Below are positions 38,100 to 48,699 of a stretch of 64,000 nt of DNA, piece after piece. The DNA is from a bacterium (GTDB lineage: Bacteria > Patescibacteriota > Patescibacteriia > SG8-24), in contig JAHFIV010000001.1 in assembly GCA_023246225.1 (NCBI GenBank), forward strand, positions 46-64,045, in the 5' to 3' direction. A program made the translations under genes and the position numbers. The notes beneath the pieces were generated by a model that made no database searches, was not told the DNA's origin, and worked only from the letters and a program-made list of their open reading frames with translations. Positions within the stretch are counted from its first letter, which is position 1. Each line of letters opens with the position of its first letter.

Positions 38100-41000
38100 C
38101 TATGGCAGTGGGGGGTACACCTCGATCGTTCCTGCGAAACTTGTCCAGGGGTTAGTCTTGTCGGGCGGAATCTGCACGCATTCATCCGCAGCACCGGTGT
38201 TGTTCATGCAAAGATTACCGAGGCCTCCGTTTCCAGGACATGTTCCGTTACACGTCTGCCAGTTATCCATAATCTGCACGCGTGGTTTAAACACACAGGC
38301 GGTGTGTGCATTGTTCACGCAATCGGTAACGATACCTTTGCTCTTGTCGCACTCCTGTTTATCAGCGATGAGTTTGGCAAGTTTTTCCTTACTGCACGTA
38401 TACGTATGCGTCTCCTCAAAAAACTCGCTCTGGCACTGTTTTCCACCACCCCATCCGAGCGCAGGATCATCACAAATCTTCTTACTGCTCCCCCCACCAA
38501 GGTTGATGCTGCCACGGCGGTTCTTGTACCAACCGGTCAACTCAAGAATTTCCAAATTATCACCCCAATCAACGATCTTATGCCGAATTGGCATGTGATC
38601 TCTATCGGCATACGCGTAGTACGTGAGCGTTGCTTTTAACTTACCGCTGTGCGACGCAACCGGCACCGCAGCCATAATTTTATTCACCGTGAGACCCGCT
38701 GGTCCTTCCTGACAATTCCTACTCCCGAAACAGAAACTGTAATCAACGGCAACTACCTTCGGTGCGTTGTGTTCCGTCGCATATCTCTCACGGAAATCCC
38801 AACCGCCGTCACCACCAAGCGCGCGCGCCGTCACGTCAACTTTTGCCAGATCGCCGTTTGCCAAACGGTACGCATCGTAGGACCAACGCGGCTCGTAATC
38901 GGCGCCGCGAGGAACAGTGACGGAAGGATCGGAGGGATTATTCCATAAAGGAGACCCTTGTCGCCACTCATACACATTAAACGCAGCGGCAAAGTACTGA
39001 CTGAGGTGCAACGCGCCGAGTGCGCGCGCGCCGAAACCTGCATTCCTCCACCCTGCATCTGGCGCACCCTTCCCTTTATCGCTGCCGCAATCACCGATGC
39101 ACGCGTATGGCGTCCCTGAAGCTGTAGATCCCGCGTTGAATATGAACTGCCTCTCATTCGGCTTATCTTTTTTCGGTCGAACGTCCACATGCGTGAACAC
39201 ACTGCCTCCCTCCGAGTCGTACACCGGCAAAATTCGGTTCCACACCTTGTTGATCTTCTCATCATCAGGAGCAGCAGGATTGAGACTAAACAAAATGCGA
39301 CCATTCTTTGGATCTGGTGAAAAATCTTCGATCGGTTGGGCGATCGCGCCGTAGGGAATCATTGGAAGCTGGGTCACTCCCACTGCGTTGTGTTGTTGTA
39401 TGTCCGTACCTGCGTTAGAGAATCGATCAGACTTATGATCTTTTTGATACGGCGGCGCGTCAAGATACGCATTCGCGAGCCGATCGGTCCATGCATAATT
39501 TTTAAAATCACTATCGAGCCCACGCGAAACATCGTTCACAAACGCGATCTCTTGGCACCAATCGCGAAGTTCGACATACACCGTTGCGAGGGTATTGGGG
39601 CAATAATCCTTGCTCCCGATAGCCTCTATGGCCTTGAGGAGAGCAGCGCCGATACAAGCCGTGGGATTAAAAAATGGATTAGGAGCAAGAGGAGTGGGCG
39701 GGGTACAGACGCCACCTACGAACGCCTCTGAAAGCTGGGCGCAATGTACTTCATTATTACAACTCACCGTCGCAAACCCTGCGAGCTTACGGTCAACAAA
39801 GTGCGCCCTAATACCGAGCACTGCAAGGTTCATGCAACCACCATCTGCCAACGGCTCGTCGATATCTGTTGTATGAGAATCATTCACCCCCAGCCCCGCA
39901 AATGGACAACTCGTTGAGGCAATAATTTCATGGTTACCTTTGATACTCTCGTCAAAATATTGACCGTTGTCTGGCCCTGGTTCACCTGAAGATTTATTTG
40001 GATAACGGATACAAATGGTCCACTGATTCTTTTCCGTAAGATAGAAATCGAATTTTCTTCCTGAGGCAACCGTACTCTTAAAGTATCCGGCATTTCCAAA
40101 AACATGGATACCGGCGATCTCATCCTCAAACAGATCTCTCTGCGGAAATTTATAAAGATTAGGCTTTGGAGGTGGCGTCGTGTGTACTGGGTACGGTATC
40201 CACTTCGCGTTTACCTTTCCATCATCCAAACCAAGAAGATCCCCAATACCAATTTTACACCCCACAGCTGCATAACATTCATTACTCCACCACCCCCAAC
40301 CGGGCAACCGAGGCACATCGGCCGGTATCGAACCGATCTGATCTTCAATTTTCATTGAATAACTAAGTATCCCAGGTGTACCAACGCGAGTACCTTGCGC
40401 AACCTGGCAATACAAAAGGTTGCCGGAGTTGACATACCCTGCCTCTTCGTTTTGGTTACCGAGGTCGCTCCCTCCGGAGAGCTGATCTTGAGGGAGCCAC
40501 AAGTTGCACGTATGCCGATCGGGGTTTGCGTTCACAAACCGACCAAAATCAGGATCGAGACAGAACCCGTACCAGCCCTTCGCTGTCACGTCTTTTGTCC
40601 AGCGCGAACACACGCCACCCTCGCTACTTACACATGGATCTGTTGCAGCATCCGTTGGCACTGGCCTTGCGCTCGGCACGCAAGTTTTCCCATCATTCGG
40701 TCCACCAACGCATACTCCTTTGTCCTCACCATGAATCCCCGGTGCAAGACGCGGATCGTGCAGCGAAACGTAGCGGACGGTAGTGCCGTTCACGCCATAC
40801 CCAAGCTTGCGATATGAACAATCACACGCATTTTCTTTGGTGCAGATGTTTGCGTTACCAAATCCCGACTTAATTTCCTTCGGAAGGCCGGTGTCATTAT
40901 CATACTTCACCACCACGCTCGGCGGGAAAGGCGCGTCATCTTCAGGATACCCTCGGCAAGAGGGTGCGTTAATGAAGTCGCTACGAAGCGGTCCGCCTTT

Positions 41001-44000
41001 CATGTCATACATGCACAGATTCGCGATGCATTTTCCTTGTGCCTGCGATCCTGCCGGACAATCGTACGTCCCACTGCACCCAAGACTGAGTTTACAATCC
41101 GCATCACTGCGACACTGCCGATTGTTGGTACTGAGCATCGCACCGACGCGCTGCGTTGCCGAGATCGACGCGTTGCAAATACCATCCGAACCGCACTGCG
41201 CGCTCGTATCACACGGCTTGAGTTGTGCGCTGTCGAGCGACGACTCACAGAATCCCACGAATTTTTTTCCACAGCGGAACCCCCACGAGAGCGGATCGCT
41301 CCCTGGCGGGTTGCACGTGCCGTCCGACCAGCACAGTGTATCGTTGAGCGTCCCTGTTTTCTTGTCCGCACATCGTCCCATGCGGAAATCGACCGGAAGC
41401 GCATACTGCGCCGGATACTGGCCGGGAATAGTAAACCCTGAATACTCCACTCCCTTGTAAGTGATGTCGCGCTGCGCATACAGATCCGCGGTGACGCGTT
41501 TTACATTCTCTACTTTTTCAGGACGCTCCACCCAATTACTGCATTCCTGCGACTCACCGAACGTGCGCTGTTCATCGCATGCATCAAATCCGGAACACCT
41601 ATACTTGTATCGTCCGGTTGCCTCATCAGAAACCGCGTCCGTGGATCTACACGTGAGCCACTCTGCACATTCGCGATCCGCACCCACTTTAATAACGATG
41701 TTCGCGTCATTTTTTGTGACGTCGCGCCCCGCGGGACTCACACCCTTCTCTGACAGATCACATTTTTCTTCTTTTCTCTTGTCACAATCGGTGTCCGCCC
41801 CGCATGCAGTCGTGTGCCCACCGTCCACGGAGAAGCACCGACCTTCACAGAACGGACTTCGCGGATCGAGATTGCAGTTGAGCGGGTTCACCTTGCCACC
41901 GTTCACTGTTTTTTCGCTAAGGAAATACGTCGCAGCAGACGCGAACAACCTTGAGGGGTCGCTAGTTTTAGTAAACAACACACACCCTTCTTTGAGCGAA
42001 GCGGAGCCCCCGCACGACGTGAGGTCCAACTTGTTGTTCATGATGTAGTAGTACGGCTTTCCTTTTGGATGCACCTTCGATGTCGCGGCGGGATCAATAA
42101 ATTCTTCGCAACGATCGTACTGCGGATCGCACTGCCCCACCCAACCTTGATACCCACACGTGGTATTGCCGCGCGCAACTCTGCATACTTGCGTCGTGAT
42201 CGGCGGATTCGTGCATCCGCACGTGGACGTCGACGCGTCCCATCCGATCGTGGTCGGTCCGCACGTCAAACCGTCCGGCAGCTGGCAGAGCGCGTCGGCA
42301 TTTTTATACAAATTGTAGAATTCACCGTTCTGCAACAACTCTGGATAGCACGGAATATCTTTTCCTGCAGCGCTCGCCCGGAACCAACCGTAGCTCGCAG
42401 TGCCGCTAATGTTTACTCCTTCTTTATATTGGCACGTGCGATCGAACGGCTCTTTGAAATAATACTTTCCGTCGATCGCAGTGAACTCTTCGCAAGAAAT
42501 CGCCGGTTGCGTACACAAAGTTTGCCCGTACTGCGCGGGATCATCTTTGAGCGCTTTGACGTTCCAATTTCCTGGCACGCCGTTTTCAAACGAGAGCGTG
42601 CAGGTGCTCAGTCCTTTTGCGACCGTACAGTTTGCGTTAAATATCGGTCCGCATGTGCATCCCGACGCATCGTCGCACTTGCCCGCAACGATCCCCGCTC
42701 CGACGTTCGGGAGCGTGCACTCGCGTTCGTAAGTGATCTGCGGATTCGCGACGCTCTTGCAACCGATCGCTGTCGCCGCGCAAAGATTCTCACTGCGCGC
42801 AACGAGGAACCGACGATCGTCCGCAGAAACGTTTACGCGATCAGGATGCGAAGATTGCGGAGTGTTGTCGTCCCATCCATCGAGTTTGAACTGGCATGCG
42901 TTCTCTCCGATCGCGACGCGGCAGATATCCGCGATATCCGGAACGTTATCGGTGTACCAAGGATGGCGCACGTTGTAGTCGCACTTACAGTTCGACGCTT
43001 CATCTGCGACAACCGCGCAATCTTTCGCGCCTTTCGCGACAATACAAGAATTGATGCCATCGTTACATGCGCACGACGCTCCCAAACATGTGGCACCTCC
43101 CGCGAGCGTGCATTTTCCACATGTACGCGGCTCCGGCGTTGCTCGTTTATCAACGAGCTGACACACCGCGTTATACGATTCCTCGTACGGTGTCTGCACG
43201 TTGTTTTGTGTGAACGAGTACGCCTGACAACCGACCGCTTTGTCGCGACACAACTGTGCGAACGATCGCAGATATGCTTTTTTATTTGCACTGTTCGTGT
43301 ACTCCTTACACCCCAACATCTCTTGTGGCGACGGCACGCCAGCGAGCGTTTGGTCGCACGCTGCGGGCGTGTTCCACGAATCGCGAACGACGTACAAATT
43401 TTCTGGAACTTCTTTTACGATAACGTTATCGATGTACGCTTCGCCAACACCGGATTTGGCGAACACGAGGCTCGTCGGCGCAGTGCCCCACAGAGGATCG
43501 ACCGCGCTCACCGGACCGAGTGAATACTGTTTCCAGTCCGCTCCGAGCGTAAGCGTCGGCGCAGACGTTGTGGTGTCGGCATCACTAAAATGCAGACTGA
43601 GCGGCTTATCTGGCGCTGTCGTCCCTTTCTTTGCAACAACACAATCGGATTTCATTTTTTCGACAAGACACACGAGCCCTGTAGGCGAGACGCATCCGCA
43701 ACCCGCGTCCTGATCGCACACCGTTTTGTTTGTACACGTGACATCTTCTGCGCCATCTTCAAAGCCGATGTCGAGCGTGCCGCTTCCCCGCGCCCAGAAC
43801 GTGAGTGTATAGCTGCGACCCGCAGCGACCGTACCGCCAACTTCTTTTGTCGCGGTCACGGATCCTGGAGCGAACTTCAACGAGTGTCCGCCGACAATCA
43901 CGGATTCTGATGACTGCTTCACATCCTTGCTCATCCACGCATCGACACCAGCCTCAAACGTGTCGCGCACAATACTCCGCACGTTGCTCGACGCGTTTCC

Positions 44001-47000
44001 TTTATATGGTCGGCAACCGTTGTACGCCTTACCGCAGTTCTGACTCGCTGTGACGTCTGCGTTGTAAATACACTGGCCCTTATCAGCGATCCACTGACCG
44101 TTTGATTTTTTACAATCATTTTCAGTTGCGGTGGTGATGCGATACTGGTGACATTCCGCGGTGAGGACGATCGTCTTTGATAATTTGCGGAAGTGGCGGT
44201 TGCCGTCGGCGTCATAAAATTCTCGGCAATCCAGATCACCACTATCGATATCTGCGCGACTGCACAAACCGTCGGTGGAACCGGCAGGAAGATCAGTGCT
44301 CACACTCGCGCAGTTGAGAGCGTTATCATCAAGCCGCGTACACGGTGCAACACCGGCGTTCTTGCACGTAGCCGGATCTGCGCACTCATCTGCAGCCTTT
44401 CCTTCTCCGATCTCTGTCATACTACACGCGCCGCACACGCCTGCAGCGCAGCACGTCTCTTCGTGCGCGACCGTGGTGTCACCACCCGCCGCGTCAGTCA
44501 CCTTCTTAAAGTTCCATACTTTCAACTGATATCCTGCAGTGTCTGAACCTTCCCAGCTATAGAACACTGTTTTCGGATCGGTCGACGGCTTTTGACACAA
44601 ACGAAGTTTCGAAAAGTACGCGACTTTTTCGTTCTCAACGTTGGTGAATTCAGAACAACCCGACTCCGCTTGCGTACACTGCTTCGCGGTCGTCGGAATA
44701 AAATACACAGGGAATTTTTCTGTATCAAATTCCGTTGCTTCTTGCTTGAAAATGTCATATCCCGCGCACTGCGCCGGACACGCGTCTTGCGGACCGGTCA
44801 CTGCAGGAAGTGAAGGATCGCCGTTCGTTGGTGTGAACCGATCACACCCGACTTCTTGCTCGCGACACACGCCTGCGAACGATGCACACTCTGGGCGGTC
44901 GGTCTCGTCACCTGTGCAACCAAGAAACGCGGGAGGAATTTTCGCGTCCACCATAGTGTTTGCCGAACCATACCCCTCGTGGAACGGCGTCAAACTCCCC
45001 TGCTCGAACTGCACTTCATCAACGTAGTCACCACCGCCGATCTCAAGCAAACCGTGCACCACTTTCTTTGGCAGCTTCGTGTCATCAACAACGAGCGTGC
45101 ATGACGCGCGGACTTCATCTGCGTTGCTCGTAAACGCGAAACGTAATACACCCGGCGCGTCAACTTTGCAGAAGTCGCTCGTCGGTGTTACCGGATTGCC
45201 GTTCTTATCTTGATACGCAGTGTTCGAAATAATCGCACCTGCCGGAAGCACGATCACGTTTCCGTTCAGATCGGTGAACGTCATTTGCATCGTCCCACTC
45301 GCTGAAGAAGCGCCGCTAAGGAACGTCGCTGAGAGGGTGTATGTGGTGTTTCCTTTTACCGGGACGCTGTCCTGGATGACGCGATCGGTGTACGCACATT
45401 CGGTCTGTCCTTTTATAACCTTACAAGTGTAATCGCCATCTTTGCAGGTGCACCCGGCATCGTTTGTACATACCGCAATCGTACAAGATTTTGGCGCGGA
45501 CCCCGTGAGACCCTGTATCTTCATCGCACTCGAGCCGCTCTTTATATTTGCCGCGGTCGTGGTTAAGACACCGCTGCTTGCAGATGCAGGAACCGCACCG
45601 AATGGCGCCCAATATTTCGCATGGTCAGGCGTGCCGTCACCATCGCCGTCCTCCAACTCTTCAAATCCCCCGTTTCGCACGAGGTTCAAAGATTGTCCGG
45701 TCGCGAGCGGAACGAGCGCAGAGCATCCGTTGTCTGTCGCCGAACACGTTTGCGCATTCTTATTAAAGTATCGCTGCGGCTGCACACGCCAATCATCGGC
45801 GACGTTCTGATCATCTCCCATCGTTGATGCGCAAGAATCCTGCCCCTTTGCAACGCGACACGTGCTGAGGTAGCAGCTACACCCGCCAGCGCTCGCGCAT
45901 TTCGCTTCGAGCGTGCACACGCTGCCATCATCGACTTTGCAAAGCGTTTTTCCGTTCGCGACGACGCAGCCGTCATTCCCTGACGCGTTGCCGGCGAGAC
46001 AACCTTTTTCAAGCGGACAAGTGTCGACGCACACGCTCCCGGGACAATCTGCATCCTTCGTACACTGCGTGCCGGCGTTCGCGCCTGCTTTGCAGAAATT
46101 TTTCTTCTGCGCAGAGATGGCGTTGGTTTGCAGCGAATACGCAAGACAACCGACGTTGTCAGCGTTACACACATCGACATCGATCGTGTTGACCAAGAAA
46201 TTTTCTGTGCCGCCCGTGCGAGTTTTGAGCGTTCGACAACTACTATAGTAGGCAGGACACTGCTCACCCTGGAATCGCCACACATTCCGCTCTTTCTGAC
46301 AGTACCCCCATCCACCGACGCACTTCCCGAAATCGTCCTGACGTAAACACGTCGGCGAATCAACACACACCTCTGCACGCGAGGACGTTTCGCTTGTCAC
46401 AAGCGTCGGTCCAAACGCTGTCGCGCGGCATTGCGTTGGTGGAACTTTGAGAACCCAGTCAGGATCGATCAGATGACACCACGGATGAGCCGAGTCGATC
46501 GTGCCGTTCGCGTTGCAATCATTAAAATGCGCGACAACCTCGCCGAGTGTCACTGGCGTCGCACCGACTTTGCTCGCGGCGATCTCCCAGCCGATCGAAA
46601 TGATACGCGCGGCACGAAGCTGTTTGAGGTTGCTCTCACAGTACGCGTACGTGTAGCAAAACGGATCGGTGTCGCGCTGTTTCTCTGTGGCAGGGAACAT
46701 CCGCCAATCGCTATGAAGCATCCCTCGCTTCAGCGCTTCTCTCACAGAGAGCGGTGTCGCATCGCCGATGCGAACAATGTCAGCAAACTGCTGGTCCATG
46801 ACGCAGTTGTTCGGGGCAGGATTCGACGGCGGGCAGGTCGTAAAATTGGTAAGCGGATCGTACTCCCCCGCTTCGTGCGTGGTAAGTGGGACGATTCTTG
46901 ACTGCTGAATCACCGCGGAGGCTGTTGCGCCCGGTTGTTGCACGATCCCTTCTGGACTAAGAATGATGTCGGGTTGTACAGAAAGCAGTTCTCCTGTGGA

Positions 47001-47942
47001 GAGCAGACCGCTCACCAGTTTATTCCACAATCGTGCGGTAAGTGTCGAGACAAACGTATTTGTCGCAGTAAGAACGACGGACTTCACCGCTCCTTTTGCG
47101 ATACTACCGGTCGTCGCCATTCTCGTACCGTCGAGTTGAGAGGCTTCACCATTTTTTGAACGACGGAATTCTTCTTGCGTCACTGCGCCTGGAGATTTTA
47201 TGCGACCAGAAACAGGATCTTTAATCGGAGAGAATCCTCCGCTCGACGCATTGGCGAGTCTCTCAACAACGCTGTCTCGCTGCGCGTTGCTGATAATATC
47301 TTGCTTGATGCCGAGCGCGGCGATGGAGACGCTGAGCGGACTCTGTCCCAATGAAAATTGGGGTTTTAATTTATTCAAAATCTCTCCTGTTGAAAATGAG
47401 GTAGCTATCGAATCCCAATTTTTAATCAGCTGATCGAAATTACACTTTGGCGGACTAGGAACGATCTCTTTCATGAAGCTGAGCTGCAACGCCAGCCCCG
47501 AAAGTCCTGGATCGCAAAGAAAATTGTTGCCGAACAACCCTTGCGAAAGGGAACCGACACTTTCACCGATCGCCCCTTGCCATGCTTGTCGGAAACCGTC
47601 CTTAAATCCCTTACTGTCCCAACACGCCACCTGACCAGGACAATCAGAGGTCAACGCTTTTGCTGCTTGATACGCGAGTTGCTGCGTAAAATAATTTGTA
47701 CCGTTAACGACCGCGATCACCGCTGACTCAACCAAAAGATGTTCGATCTTGTCGCTAGCAGCATTACCTGCAACTAAAGAAGTTAGCGGCGCATCCGCAA
47801 CAGGAAGCACGGCGAGCGCCGGCTTCGGCACAGTGAGCGTCGTTATCGTCACAACGCCCGCAACAAACATCGCGAGAAGCGCGCTGAGTTTCAGCGTTCT
47901 CTTTGTTGTGTGCGATTTTTCCGATCGCGGTTGTGGTTTCAT
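38100..47942 (-). CDS. Giant (3280 aa) Cys-rich secreted/surface protein
   Basis: N-terminal signal/TM; very Cys-rich; carbohydrate-binding-like NLVRNGGFE segment; repeated GCxC...CxVxxGxxxC modules. Confidence 0.9.
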   Translation of the reverse strand: MKPQPRSEKSHTTKRTLKLSALLAMFVAGVVTITTLTVPKPALAVLPVADAPLTSLVAGNAASDKIEHLLVESAVIAVVNGTNYFTQQLAYQAAKALTSDCPGQVACWDSKGFKDGFRQAWQGAIGESVGSLSQGLFGNNFLCDPGLSGLALQLSFMKEIVPSPPKCNFDQLIKNWDSIATSFSTGEILNKLKPQFSLGQSPLSVSIAALGIKQDIISNAQRDSVVERLANASSGGFSPIKDPVSGRIKSPGAVTQEEFRRSKNGEASQLDGTRMATTGSIAKGAVKSVVLTATNTFVSTLTARLWNKLVSGLLSTGELLSVQPDIILSPEGIVQQPGATASAVIQQSRIVPLTTHEAGEYDPLTNFTTCPPSNPAPNNCVMDQQFADIVRIGDATPLSVREALKRGMLHSDWRMFPATEKQRDTDPFCYTYAYCESNLKQLRAARIISIGWEIAASKVGATPVTLGEVVAHFNDCNANGTIDSAHPWCHLIDPDWVLKVPPTQCRATAFGPTLVTSETSSRAEVCVDSPTCLRQDDFGKCVGGWGYCQKERNVWRFQGEQCPAYYSSCRTLKTRTGGTENFLVNTIDVDVCNADNVGCLAYSLQTNAISAQKKNFCKAGANAGTQCTKDADCPGSVCVDTCPLEKGCLAGNASGNDGCVVANGKTLCKVDDGSVCTLEAKCASAGGCSCYLSTCRVAKGQDSCASTMGDDQNVADDWRVQPQRYFNKNAQTCSATDNGCSALVPLATGQSLNLVRNGGFEELEDGDGDGTPDHAKYWAPFGAVPASASSGVLTTTAANIKSGSSAMKIQGLTGSAPKSCTIAVCTNDAGCTCKDGDYTCKVIKGQTECAYTDRVIQDSVPVKGNTTYTLSATFLSGASSASGTMQMTFTDLNGNVIVLPAGAIISNTAYQDKNGNPVTPTSDFCKVDAPGVLRFAFTSNADEVRASCTLVVDDTKLPKKVVHGLLEIGGGDYVDEVQFEQGSLTPFHEGYGSANTMVDAKIPPAFLGCTGDETDRPECASFAGVCREQEVGCDRFTPTNGDPSLPAVTGPQDACPAQCAGYDIFKQEATEFDTEKFPVYFIPTTAKQCTQAESGCSEFTNVENEKVAYFSKLRLCQKPSTDPKTVFYSWEGSDTAGYQLKVWNFKKVTDAAGGDTTVAHEETCCAAGVCGACSMTEIGEGKAADECADPATCKNAGVAPCTRLDDNALNCASVSTDLPAGSTDGLCSRADIDSGDLDCREFYDADGNRHFRKLSKTIVLTAECHQYRITTATENDCKKSNGQWIADKGQCIYNADVTASQNCGKAYNGCRPYKGNASSNVRSIVRDTFEAGVDAWMSKDVKQSSESVIVGGHSLKFAPGSVTATKEVGGTVAAGRSYTLTFWARGSGTLDIGFEDGAEDVTCTNKTVCDQDAGCGCVSPTGLVCLVEKMKSDCVVAKKGTTAPDKPLSLHFSDADTTTSAPTLTLGADWKQYSLGPVSAVDPLWGTAPTSLVFAKSGVGEAYIDNVIVKEVPENLYVVRDSWNTPAACDQTLAGVPSPQEMLGCKEYTNSANKKAYLRSFAQLCRDKAVGCQAYSFTQNNVQTPYEESYNAVCQLVDKRATPEPRTCGKCTLAGGATCLGASCACNDGINSCIVAKGAKDCAVVADEASNCKCDYNVRHPWYTDNVPDIADICRVAIGENACQFKLDGWDDNTPQSSHPDRVNVSADDRRFLVARSENLCAATAIGCKSVANPQITYERECTLPNVGAGIVAGKCDDASGCTCGPIFNANCTVAKGLSTCTLSFENGVPGNWNVKALKDDPAQYGQTLCTQPAISCEEFTAIDGKYYFKEPFDRTCQYKEGVNISGTASYGWFRASAAGKDIPCYPELLQNGEFYNLYKNADALCQLPDGLTCGPTTIGWDASTSTCGCTNPPITTQVCRVARGNTTCGYQGWVGQCDPQYDRCEEFIDPAATSKVHPKGKPYYYIMNNKLDLTSCGGSASLKEGCVLFTKTSDPSRLFASAATYFLSEKTVNGGKVNPLNCNLDPRSPFCEGRCFSVDGGHTTACGADTDCDKRKEEKCDLSEKGVSPAGRDVTKNDANIVIKVGADRECAEWLTCRSTDAVSDEATGRYKYRCSGFDACDEQRTFGESQECSNWVERPEKVENVKRVTADLYAQRDITYKGVEYSGFTIPGQYPAQYALPVDFRMGRCADKKTGTLNDTLCWSDGTCNPPGSDPLSWGFRCGKKFVGFCESSLDSAQLKPCDTSAQCGSDGICNASISATQRVGAMLSTNNRQCRSDADCKLSLGCSGTYDCPAGSQAQGKCIANLCMYDMKGGPLRSDFINAPSCRGYPEDDAPFPPSVVVKYDNDTGLPKEIKSGFGNANICTKENACDCSYRKLGYGVNGTTVRYVSLHDPRLAPGIHGEDKGVCVGGPNDGKTCVPSARPVPTDAATDPCVSSEGGVCSRWTKDVTAKGWYGFCLDPDFGRFVNANPDRHTCNLWLPQDQLSGGSDLGNQNEEAGYVNSGNLLYCQVAQGTRVGTPGILSYSMKIEDQIGSIPADVPRLPGWGWWSNECYAAVGCKIGIGDLLGLDDGKVNAKWIPYPVHTTPPPKPNLYKFPQRDLFEDEIAGIHVFGNAGYFKSTVASGRKFDFYLTEKNQWTICIRYPNKSSGEPGPDNGQYFDESIKGNHEIIASTSCPFAGLGVNDSHTTDIDEPLADGGCMNLAVLGIRAHFVDRKLAGFATVSCNNEVHCAQLSEAFVGGVCTPPTPLAPNPFFNPTACIGAALLKAIEAIGSKDYCPNTLATVYVELRDWCQEIAFVNDVSRGLDSDFKNYAWTDRLANAYLDAPPYQKDHKSDRFSNAGTDIQQHNAVGVTQLPMIPYGAIAQPIEDFSPDPKNGRILFSLNPAAPDDEKINKVWNRILPVYDSEGGSVFTHVDVRPKKDKPNERQFIFNAGSTASGTPYACIGDCGSDKGKGAPDAGWRNAGFGARALGALHLSQYFAAAFNVYEWRQGSPLWNNPSDPSVTVPRGADYEPRWSYDAYRLANGDLAKVDVTARALGGDGGWDFRERYATEHNAPKVVAVDYSFCFGSRNCQEGPAGLTVNKIMAAVPVASHSGKLKATLTYYAYADRDHMPIRHKIVDWGDNLEILELTGWYKNRRGSINLGGGSSKKICDDPALGWGGGKQCQSEFFEETHTYTCSKEKLAKLIADKQECDKSKGIVTDCVNNAHTACVFKPRVQIMDNWQTCNGTCPGNGGLGNLCMNNTGAADECVQIPPDKTNPWTSFAGTIEVYPPLP

Positions 47943-48625
47943 TATTTTGTCGGCGACGGCGCGGGTGGCGCAGTCGACATTGATGCAGCGATCTCTACAA
48001 GAGTGTCTTCAACTAACTTTCGCAGCGTCGCATCATCAGCCTTTGCAAGCGCATCTTCAGGAATTCCCAACTCGGTAATAAATGATCGCAATTCTACCGA
48101 ACTCATCGCGTCGAGTTTTGTGGTGATTTTTTCTTTTGTGAGCAGTGTCGGGTCACCGAAGGTTGTGATGATCGCCTGCATCGATCGTTCTTGTGCAGTT
48201 GCTGTTGGCGCGGGTGCAGGCGGTTGTTCTGTCGCCGGTGCAGCGTTCGTACTTGCTGTGCCACTCACCACAACTTGTCGACATATTTTTCCTTTCGGAC
48301 AATTCGGATCGGCGCCGGCGGCAACCTCTGTGCCATCGTTCGTACCATCAGAGTCTGAGTCCGCAAGAAAAGGGCTGGTGTGAAAAACGTACAGCTCGTC
48401 GTAATCAGAGAGCCCGTCTTTATCAGTATCTTCTGTCTTCAGTCGATCCATCTGCTCTTGCTCCAACTCATCTGAGCTTTTGTACGTAATCGGCTTGCGA
48501 ACAAAAGGAACCCAGATCGATCTCTTGATTTGCGCATACGCTAAAACCGCTGTCGTGATGCCGATGAGCAAGAAAACGACGAGCGCGATTTTTTCATGCG
48601 ATTTCGATGGAGATGTTTGAGTCAC
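47942..48625 (-). CDS. Membrane-anchored protein with Ca-binding DxDxDG repeats (start uncertain)
   Basis: TM; DTDKDGLSDYDE, DSDSDGTNDGTE, DPNCPKG. Confidence 0.75.
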   Translation of the reverse strand: MTQTSPSKSHEKIALVVFLLIGITTAVLAYAQIKRSIWVPFVRKPITYKSSDELEQEQMDRLKTEDTDKDGLSDYDELYVFHTSPFLADSDSDGTNDGTEVAAGADPNCPKGKICRQVVVSGTASTNAAPATEQPPAPAPTATAQERSMQAIITTFGDPTLLTKEKITTKLDAMSSVELRSFITELGIPEDALAKADDATLRKLVEDTLVEIAASMSTAPPAPSPTK

Positions 48626-48699
48626 ATGATAAAGAGACCTCAGAGGTTCCCTTATGAAAAGTATACCATGCGAATAAGGGGTGGTCGACCTTACTGTGT

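Noticed and set aside
37792-38598. ORFs built from repeat sequence (also 27102-27425, 63690-63953)
   Set aside because: Translations of REP-like units or antisense shadows of real genes.
42069-43523. 484-aa plus-strand ORF inside the giant gene
   Set aside because: Antisense shadow with Arg-rich, non-protein-like composition.
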